A stretch of 64,000 nt of DNA from Verrucomicrobiaceae bacterium (GTDB taxonomy: Bacteria; Verrucomicrobiota; Verrucomicrobiia; Verrucomicrobiales; Akkermansiaceae). The stretch covers positions 416,001 to 480,000 of the forward strand of contig JBPOGH010000001.1 in the NCBI GenBank assembly GCA_051252135.1, in the 5' to 3' direction. Both the position numbers and the translations under genes were made by a program. Below the pieces are notes generated by a model. It did not search any database. It was given only the letters and a program-made list of their open reading frames with translations, and was not told where the DNA came from. Shown here piece by piece: positions 9,857-17,235 of this stretch (within the stretch, counting starts at the first letter, position 1; each line of letters opens with the position of its first letter).

Positions 9857-11496
9857 TCACTCTGATTTTTCTGACGTCGACCCTGCTCAACCACCTCCAA
9901 AGGGCCGGTTTTCCTCTTATCCAACGATGAAAGGTCCGACGACTGCTCGTCATCGACCTCTTTCGGATAATTGACCCGGGCATGGAGCATGCTCCGCAAG
10001 GTCTTGGCAAAGACCGCCCGGATTTTCGTAAGCTCAGACAAAGTGAGATCACAACCATCCAACTGCCCATCCCGTATCCTCTTGAGAACGATTTCATCAA
10101 CGAGAGCCCTGATCTTCCCAGGGGAAGGCTTACTTAGAGTACGGGAAGCACTCTCAATGGCGTCCGCCAACGAAATAATCCCACTTTCCCGTGATTGCGG
10201 GATGGGACCAGGATAACGAAAACTTTTCTCATCCACATTTGGAAGATCATCCGAACTCCCCTTGCTCTCATTCTCCTTTCTTTCTTCTGCAAGAATTCTC
10301 TCCTGAGCCCGTCGATAGAAGTAATAAACCAAGGAGTCGCCGTGGTGCTCTTGAATCACTTCAATGATCCTCGGATTGAGTTTGTTTTTGATCGCCAAAT
10401 CCACGCCCTCTTTGACGTGGGCAATAATGATCAACGCACTCATCGTGGGAGTCAGTGTGTCGTGCGGATTATCGTCCCCCTGATTTTCAATGAAATATTC
10501 GGGCTTGGTCAATTTTCCGATATCGTGGAAATATGCGCAAACCCGACTCATAAGGGCATCCGCACCCACTTCCTCAGCGGCAGACTCCGCCAGCGCAGCC
10601 ACCATCAGGCTGTGATGGAAAGTGCCGGGTGCCTCGACCTGCATACGCCGGAGAAGAGGATGATTCAGATCACTTAACTCCAACCAGGTGATCTCTGTCG
10701 TCAGATCGAAAATACTCTCAAGAATGGGCAAAATCCCGCCGACGATCAGACCGGTTGCCAATCCAATCCCCAAAGCCACCAAACAGGCTTGGCCAAATGC
10801 CCGCAACGCCTCGACCTCATTGAGCCCGGAGATCGAAATTTTTCCATAGAGCAAATCGAGGAGCAAAGCTGCCGCACCGACGTAAAACCCCGCACGGAGA
10901 AGTTTCCCTCGTTTTCGAACTCGCTTGGTTCCAAACACCGCCACCAAACCACAGAAAAGGCTCATCGCCAAAAACGGCCAGCGATCATCCTCAGCCACCA
11001 ACAACGCCCCAAAAAGGCTCACAAACACAGCCGAATAAACTCCGGCCCTTTGGCCAAGTAGGACCGAGTGAACCATCGGTGCGAATGCCAAAGGCATCAC
11101 CAAAAACCTCGCACTCTCAGGCAACCAGCCAGCCGACAAGCCACTCGTTACGTGAACCAACCAAAGGTGAAAAAGAATCCCCCCATAAACCAGAAGGACA
11201 TTTCCATTTCTCCTCGAAGCCTGCTGGTGGTTGAAATGAAAAATCGCAATCGCCGATATCAATAACACCAGTGCCACGGCAAGCACTTGCAGTTGTCCCA
11301 GGCCTGCAATCGATGAGGCATTCCACAAAAGCGCGGAAATCCCCCCGGCAAAGACCAAATAGATTCCCGCCCGAACCAGCACACTCCTGCTCAAAAACCA
11401 AAAAAGCCCCTTCTCCTTACTGGTTCGACGCTTTTTTCCGGAGGAAAGCCCCTGCTGGACCAGCCGCCACCGTCTAAAATCATCGACTAGGCCCAT
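9853..11496 (-). CDS. 7TM-HD phosphohydrolase (PgpH-like c-di-AMP phosphodiesterase family)
   Basis: Multiple TM helices, then LELSDLNHPLL, EAPGTFHHS, YFHDIGK, EYFIENQ, HHG, RYPGPIPQSRE, LADAIESASR. Overlaps ybeY. Confidence 0.85.
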   Translation of the reverse strand: MGLVDDFRRWRLVQQGLSSGKKRRTSKEKGLFWFLSRSVLVRAGIYLVFAGGISALLWNASSIAGLGQLQVLAVALVLLISAIAIFHFNHQQASRRNGNVLLVYGGILFHLWLVHVTSGLSAGWLPESARFLVMPLAFAPMVHSVLLGQRAGVYSAVFVSLFGALLVAEDDRWPFLAMSLFCGLVAVFGTKRVRKRGKLLRAGFYVGAAALLLDLLYGKISISGLNEVEALRAFGQACLVALGIGLATGLIVGGILPILESIFDLTTEITWLELSDLNHPLLRRMQVEAPGTFHHSLMVAALAESAAEEVGADALMSRVCAYFHDIGKLTKPEYFIENQGDDNPHDTLTPTMSALIIIAHVKEGVDLAIKNKLNPRIIEVIQEHHGDSLVYYFYRRAQERILAEERKENESKGSSDDLPNVDEKSFRYPGPIPQSRESGIISLADAIESASRTLSKPSPGKIRALVDEIVLKRIRDGQLDGCDLTLSELTKIRAVFAKTLRSMLHARVNYPKEVDDEQSSDLSSLDKRKTGPLEVVEQGRRQKNQSE

Positions 11497-11598
11497 TCTT
11501 AAAAAGGTTGGAAAATTAAATGACGGAATTCCCCATCAATCAGCCTGCCAATACTCCGGAGAGGAAATGAGATCAAGCCGGAACGATTGACCCAACGG

Positions 11599-11907
11599 TC
11601 AACCCAAACGAAAAACGATGCGCGCTTTGGTCGTGTCATAGGGAGACATCTCCATTTTGACACGGTCGCCAATCACGAGACGAATGAATCGCTTCCGCAT
11701 CTTCCCTGAGATGTGGGCAAGCACTTCGTGGCCGCTAGGAAGCTCAACTTTGAACATGGTTCCTGCAAGGACAGCGGAAATGACTCCCTCTACCTCAACA
11801 GACTTCTGTTCGGCATTCTCGTCTACGGTTTTGGCAGATCGGGGGCCGCGCTGTTGATTGCGACGACGTCCACCGCCACCTCTCCGGAAATTTCTAGGTC
11901 TAGCGAT
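11599..11907 (-). CDS. infA: Translation initiation factor IF-1 with N-terminal Arg/Gly-rich extension; non-canonical start (ATC 11907 or ATT 11910)
   Basis: Not in ORF track. Manual translation (I)ARPRNFRRGGGGRRRNQQRGPRSAKTVDENAEQKSVEVEGVISAVLAGTMFKVELPSGHEVLAHISGKMRKRFIRLVIGDRVKMEMSPYDTTKARIVFRLG*. The IF-1 core is unmistakable. The start position is inferred. Confidence 0.93.
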   Translation of the reverse strand: MARPRNFRRGGGGRRRNQQRGPRSAKTVDENAEQKSVEVEGVISAVLAGTMFKVELPSGHEVLAHISGKMRKRFIRLVIGDRVKMEMSPYDTTKARIVFRLG

Positions 11908-11945
11908 AATAAAGTTGGGTTGTGAGCCGCAATGCGACTGGCAGT

Positions 11946-11974
11946 ATTATCGTATTCCCTCAGCACTTTGGCAA
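11946..11974 (-). promoter_or_regulatory. Sigma70 promoter of infA
   Basis: Minus strand TTGCCA (11974-11969)-17 nt-GATAAT (11951-11946). Confidence 0.7.
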
Positions 11975-12042
11975 TGGAAAAAAACAGTAAGAGCCTTTCT
12001 TGCCTGAAGTGACCGTCACGTCTATTTATTAATCCGTCGAAT

Positions 12043-15000
12043 ATGGGTGTTTTCCAAAAGTTTTACCAATCTACCAGAAGGTTCCTGAATCGGGGCTCGG
12101 CAAGCCAACGGGAAATCAACATGGCCCGATCTCTTCTTGCCGTCTTCTCTTCCTTCATTACATCGGACGAGAAGATCGAAACTGTCGAAGTGGAAATTGC
12201 CTTCGACTTCGTGAGAAACACGTTTCCCAATGCTGATCATAACAGACTTGGTAAATACTTGGAAACAGCCCTCTCTAACCGCCCCCTTCTCTCACCTCAC
12301 CTCACCCGCTTGAAACGCTCACTCACCAGAGAGCAAAAAGCCGCTTTTGCCCTGCAACTCTTTGCCGTCATCCGAGCCGGAAAAAACGTTTCTCCGGCAT
12401 CGCAGGAGGATTACCTCGGAGTAATGGGCAGTCTGGGCTGGAAAGCAATTGGCCAGGCAGTTGTAAATGAAATGATGGAGCCTGATTCGGATGCATCCCC
12501 CATCCTTCCCCGTCTTGATTTTGCCTCGGGAGAGACAGGCCAGGTTCGACTGAGCAACGAAGAACAGGAAGCCCACTTCCGATGTTACCGGGCTGGCGGC
12601 ATCCTCCTCCTCCGGAATATGTCCGAACACCCCCTCTGGGTCCGTGGTTACCAAATTGAAAAGGATCAACTCATTCAGTTTCGGACCACCGATGAGGTCG
12701 TGGTTGCGGGTTGGCATCTCGGCTTCGACGACCTCAATTTTTTCCTTCAAGATTCATCCCAAACCCTGTTCCTAATTTTAGACCAAGGAGAATTGACAAT
12801 GAGCCGCGCCAAATCACGGCTCGCGGTTGCAAAGCTGATCTTTGGCCATACCGCCAAAATCACTCCGCTCCGGGATTCGCTGCTCGCCGACGCCTCAGGC
12901 CAACAACTTTCAAAGGGCGAGGAATTCGAGTGCCATTACCACAACCTCATCAGCGTAGGCGGAGAGAAGCCGGTCGCTATCGAATCCCTTAGACGACTGA
13001 GCCTTCAGGATGGTCACCGGTTCAAACTTCCGGCTGGAAGACGCAAAGTAATCGTCTCGAACGATCATGCCGAACTTTCCGGAGACAGCGTTTTGGTTAC
13101 TCCTGGATTAGCAGGAAGATTTGTCATTGAGCTCGAATTTGATCCCGACACCGGGATGGGAGACGCTCGTGTGATTGAATCCAGCCAGATCATCACCGCT
13201 AACGGGAGGCCCTTGGGCACGGTCCCGCTTCCAGATGGAGCACTCATTCGCTTAAGTAGCCGCCAAGCACTCAGGTGTCGCTTTTCGGAAAACCATCTCG
13301 ATGAAGAAAGGAATCTCGTTCGCTCACTGGAAGTGGAGGGAATTAACTACTCATTCTGGAAGGCCGGGAAGACGATCGACAACCTGTCCTTTCAAGTATC
13401 ACGGGGAGAGATGGTCTGCATCATTGGGCCAAGTGGCAGCGGCAAGAGCACCTTACTCGAAATTCTTGCCGGTCAGAGACGCCCCCAAAGCGGCAGCGTA
13501 AGACTCAACGGTCTTTCACTTTATGAGCGGCAGGGTCGCCTTTCTCCCCTCATTTCCTTCATGCCCCAGGAGGAAGCTTTGAATTCGTTGCTTACTACGA
13601 GGGAGCATTTGGAGCACGCCTGTGCTATTCGCAGACCACACCTCTCCCCCGAAGTCATCCGCAAGCGGGCGAGCTATATCATTGATGATCTTGGTTTGGA
13701 ACGCATTGCAGAGAGACCGGTCGGAAGCGCGGATTCCAAAAGCCTTTCCGGAGGGGAGCGTTCAAGATTGAACGCGGGCTTGGACCTCATTGGCGGAGGT
13801 GAAATCTTTCTTTTTGACGAACCCATATCCGGCCTTTCCTCCAAAGACGCCGAACACGTGGTCGAAGCACTGGAGGGCTTGGCCAGAGATAAAATTGTTA
13901 TCGCCTCCCTGCACCGACCCAGTGAAAACGTGCTGAAATCCTTCGATCGCGTGCTCTTGCTTGATCGCGGAGGAAAAATGGCCTTCTTCGGACCACCGGA
14001 GGAAATGATCCACTACTTCGCAGAAGCCCAAGAGGATTTGTCCATACGGTCGGGGCTTCACCGAGCCCAAAAAGACCAGACCGGAGCGGACTTCGTATTT
14101 GATATTCTTGAAGCTCCCTTCCTAAATCTCACTCAGCGCATCGGCAGTCGGTCCCAACGACGGTTCCCACCCACCTTCTGGCAGGAGCGATTTGAAAACC
14201 GCCGTGTCATGGCACACTTGTCCACCACCGGCAGATCAACCTTTACTGGCTCGCACGACCTTCCAACAGCCGATGATAAAATCCCTGCGCCCGAACCACC
14301 CCAACATGGGCGGCGGCAGAAATGGATGATTTTCAAGACTCACCTTGCCAGAGCGTTTAAATCCAAAATCCGCCATCGCGGAACTCTGTATACGGTCCTC
14401 CTTGAGGCACCGCTCCTTGCCATTCTCATTGCCTACACCTTACATGCTTCCGCCGATGGCAGTTACGAATTTCACGACTCCCTCCACCTCCCCTCCTACC
14501 TATTTTTGGCCGTGACCGTGGCAATGTTCTTTGGTCTCACCAACTCCGCGACGGAAGTGCTCCGTGACCGCCCCATTTTGCGAAGGGAGCGAAATTGCCG
14601 TCCGCACCCCCTCCTCTATCTGGGCTCTAAATTTTTGGTCTTAACTTCTCTTATTGCGCTTCAGTCACTGGCATTCATTGCGGTGGCACACAAAATTCTG
14701 GAGATTCATAATATGCTTTGGGTCCACCTCGGTTGGATGACCCTGACGGGATGCTGCGGAACCGGCCTGGCGCTCTTGGTTTCGGTCCTATCAAAGTCCG
14801 AGCGAACCGCGCTTGGCTCCATCCCACTCATCTTAGTCCCACAAATCCTGCTTGCGGGAGCGCTAATCCCCTTTTCAGAAATGAACCGAGGCCTCTTTCG
14901 GGACGGATCGGAGGGTCGGGAGCGCGGAGCGGAACCCGCTCCTTCGATCGCCATGCCCTTACGCTACGCTTATGAAGGATCAATAGTGAGCCAGGCAACT

Positions 15001-15477
15001 GACAACCATTTCGAACAGGCACGGCGACCACTTCAGGAACGAATTAATGGCCTCACGGAAGCCGCATCTCGTGAGGGTAACGAGGAAGGACTACGCCAGT
15101 CCAAACAAGAGCTGGGAATTCTTTTTGCTGCAACAGCCTCAACGGTAGACCAAGCTCGGGAAATCATCGCCTCTCCCACCTTGGAAACCGCGGAAGCTGT
15201 CCAAAACTCAAACGACTCAAGTTCATCCGAGAATGACAAAACACTCGCTCAGTTTTTCGTAAATCAGCGAGTTGAGGGTCTCGTGGAACTCGCCGAAACT
15301 CACCGGCTGGACGACCGAAAACTGACCACTTCCAAGGTATTCCTTGCGGAAAAAAAGTCAGCCTTTGGGGTTACGATAAGTACCGCCTCATACTGTCGAA
15401 TCAGACTCCTGATACTCACCACCATATTTCTCCTGGGATCGGCAGTCTCACTTCAGCTTTCACTTCGGAGTCACTGA
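12043..15477 (+). CDS. Multidomain ABC transporter (N-terminal TerB-like and FHA-like regions + ATPase + ABC-2 permease)
   Basis: Walker A GPSGSGKST, signature LSGGERSR, FLFDEP, SLHRP, and a C-terminal multi-TM ABC2 region with PQILLAG. N-terminal domain calls are inferred. Confidence 0.85.
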   Translation: MGVFQKFYQSTRRFLNRGSASQREINMARSLLAVFSSFITSDEKIETVEVEIAFDFVRNTFPNADHNRLGKYLETALSNRPLLSPHLTRLKRSLTREQKAAFALQLFAVIRAGKNVSPASQEDYLGVMGSLGWKAIGQAVVNEMMEPDSDASPILPRLDFASGETGQVRLSNEEQEAHFRCYRAGGILLLRNMSEHPLWVRGYQIEKDQLIQFRTTDEVVVAGWHLGFDDLNFFLQDSSQTLFLILDQGELTMSRAKSRLAVAKLIFGHTAKITPLRDSLLADASGQQLSKGEEFECHYHNLISVGGEKPVAIESLRRLSLQDGHRFKLPAGRRKVIVSNDHAELSGDSVLVTPGLAGRFVIELEFDPDTGMGDARVIESSQIITANGRPLGTVPLPDGALIRLSSRQALRCRFSENHLDEERNLVRSLEVEGINYSFWKAGKTIDNLSFQVSRGEMVCIIGPSGSGKSTLLEILAGQRRPQSGSVRLNGLSLYERQGRLSPLISFMPQEEALNSLLTTREHLEHACAIRRPHLSPEVIRKRASYIIDDLGLERIAERPVGSADSKSLSGGERSRLNAGLDLIGGGEIFLFDEPISGLSSKDAEHVVEALEGLARDKIVIASLHRPSENVLKSFDRVLLLDRGGKMAFFGPPEEMIHYFAEAQEDLSIRSGLHRAQKDQTGADFVFDILEAPFLNLTQRIGSRSQRRFPPTFWQERFENRRVMAHLSTTGRSTFTGSHDLPTADDKIPAPEPPQHGRRQKWMIFKTHLARAFKSKIRHRGTLYTVLLEAPLLAILIAYTLHASADGSYEFHDSLHLPSYLFLAVTVAMFFGLTNSATEVLRDRPILRRERNCRPHPLLYLGSKFLVLTSLIALQSLAFIAVAHKILEIHNMLWVHLGWMTLTGCCGTGLALLVSVLSKSERTALGSIPLILVPQILLAGALIPFSEMNRGLFRDGSEGRERGAEPAPSIAMPLRYAYEGSIVSQATDNHFEQARRPLQERINGLTEAASREGNEEGLRQSKQELGILFAATASTVDQAREIIASPTLETAEAVQNSNDSSSSENDKTLAQFFVNQRVEGLVELAETHRLDDRKLTTSKVFLAEKKSAFGVTISTASYCRIRLLILTTIFLLGSAVSLQLSLRSH

Positions 15478-16320
15478 CACCTCGTCTCCAAGGGTCTTGC
15501 TCAATGAGCTGATGACAGCCTCAATCACCTCTCTGCTTAGGGGTGCCGATACGATAATCCCAAGCACGACCAGACCAAACTTGGAGCGCTTTGGAACAAC
15601 CTGCAGCACCCGGTCCACCCCGATCTTCACATGCGGACTTGCCAAGCCGCCAACATCGGCAACCTGTCGACTCGCACTGCTCGAAGCATGCGCTAGCGTC
15701 CGGGCGACTTTTACCAATTTACTGTTTCCGATTTCATCTGCAATGATCTCTCCATTGCGATCACAAACGAAAAAAGCTTCGGCAGGCACGGCACGCTTCA
15801 GCCACTCTCCAAAAACCTCCATTCGCCGCGCCAGAGGTTGCCCTGATGACGTCGATGAACTTTCTATCGGTTGAATCGATGCCCTCTGGACCACCGGCTC
15901 CGGAAGGACCGTTTTGGCCGAATCACCAGCCAACTTAAATGGAGATTCGATCGGCCCCGAAGAAACAGGCTGCATCGTCACCTCCTGCGATGGCTCCTTG
16001 CGCGGAGAACGGGTTACGACCGGTTCAATCTCCATCACTTGCACATCGGATTCGCCATGCATCGGAGGAGCCTGGGAGAGTCCTGCGGAATCTACCATTC
16101 CACGGGCAGCTGAGAGTGTCTCCATAGCTGAACGCCGTGCGACCTCGACGTTTCCAAAATTTCGATCGTCCCCTCCAGCTTCCATGTAACCCACAAACCC
16201 GGCCCCATACACACACTCCGCTTCATCATTAACCGGGAGCGGAGGCGTAGACATCAGGCTTTCGGCAAGCTTCCGAAGCTCACCGGCATCAATCCATTGG
16301 TTGACCGCATCAGCCTGCAT
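15460..16320 (-). CDS. Hypothetical protein with a probable C-terminal Roadblock/LC7-like domain
   Basis: Starts 3 nt after the parA stop. C-terminal WLKRAVPAEAFFVCDRNGEIIAD...LVVLGIIV pattern. Confidence 0.65.
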   Translation of the reverse strand: MQADAVNQWIDAGELRKLAESLMSTPPLPVNDEAECVYGAGFVGYMEAGGDDRNFGNVEVARRSAMETLSAARGMVDSAGLSQAPPMHGESDVQVMEIEPVVTRSPRKEPSQEVTMQPVSSGPIESPFKLAGDSAKTVLPEPVVQRASIQPIESSSTSSGQPLARRMEVFGEWLKRAVPAEAFFVCDRNGEIIADEIGNSKLVKVARTLAHASSSASRQVADVGGLASPHVKIGVDRVLQVVPKRSKFGLVVLGIIVSAPLSREVIEAVISSLSKTLGDEVSVTPK

Positions 16321-16323
16321 CTC

Positions 16324-17103
16324 TTATCTATGGTAGCCGTCAAAAGACAGCTTTGCTTCTAATTCCGCCCGCAATCCGTCGAAGACAGCCAATGCCCCGG
16401 CCCCCTCATCCATCACTCCCACCGGAAGCCCCTTGGCACTTGCTCTAATAAACAAATCATCCCGTGGGACTACTGTTCTCATTACCATCTCAGGTGGGAG
16501 AATATTTCGTAAAGCTTCCGCAGCCTCCAGACTCTCAGCAAGGTGGGGCTGCACCATTGTCATCACCACCCCAAGAACCTGAAGATTCGGGTTCACCACC
16601 CGCATTCTTGCCAAAGCTTCCAGCATCTTTGGAACAGACCTCACCCCCAATGGCTCTGCCTGTTGAGGAACCAATACTCCGGTCGAAGAACAGAGAACAT
16701 CAGCGGTCGCACCAAACAACCCGGCCGCAGTGTCGATGATGCAAATATCAAAACCCATCTCCTGGGTCTCCCTTAAAAATGACCGAACACGATGCAAGCT
16801 CGCTCCCATCACTCCCCCACCAAGTTCATAAGCGCTGCTGTGACCTGAAGCCACCAGACTCAAAGTTTCGAGCCGGGTCGGAACAATCAAGGATTCTGCA
16901 CTCAAGCTAGGATCAGAAAGCAGATCATAAAATCCGGTAAGATGACGGGATTGCCGGGTTAAAGAAAGGCCAACGGAACCTTGAGGATCGGAATCGACCA
17001 ATAAAGTTCTTCGTCCGCTTCGGGCAAAGGCATGGGCCAAGTTGATTGCCACGGTCGTCTTTCCGACACCTCCCTTTTGGCTGGTAATTGCAAGAGTGAT
17101 CAC
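16324..17103 (-). CDS. ParA/MinD family ATPase (orphan, no adjacent parB)
   Basis: Deviant Walker A QKGGVGKTT, LLVDSDPQG, IIDTAAG. Confidence 0.9.
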   Translation of the reverse strand: MITLAITSQKGGVGKTTVAINLAHAFARSGRRTLLVDSDPQGSVGLSLTRQSRHLTGFYDLLSDPSLSAESLIVPTRLETLSLVASGHSSAYELGGGVMGASLHRVRSFLRETQEMGFDICIIDTAAGLFGATADVLCSSTGVLVPQQAEPLGVRSVPKMLEALARMRVVNPNLQVLGVVMTMVQPHLAESLEAAEALRNILPPEMVMRTVVPRDDLFIRASAKGLPVGVMDEGAGALAVFDGLRAELEAKLSFDGYHR

Positions 17104-17235
17104 TACTGGGCTGGAGAACTAAAAAACTACTTCGATTGGGCTGCGCAAGAGGAAAGCATTTCCCGTGGGCTTTGTCTGGTCATTTTGCCGAATTTTCTTA
17201 CTCTGCCCCTCTCCCCCCGGTTTGACCTAGCACTG

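Noticed and set aside
11497..11598. c-di-AMP (ydaO) riboswitch upstream of the PgpH-like gene
   Set aside because: The spacer is only about 100 nt and I could not recognise the conserved motif.
11657..11925. Plus-strand ORFs 11657..11857 and 11713..11925
   Set aside because: Antisense shadows of the minus-strand infA gene.
17032..17235. Extended ORF-track starts (17032; also 812, 19477, 21284, 29021, 49121, 63077)
   Set aside because: They overlap neighbouring genes or precede signal peptides and conserved N-termini. Downstream ATGs fit better.
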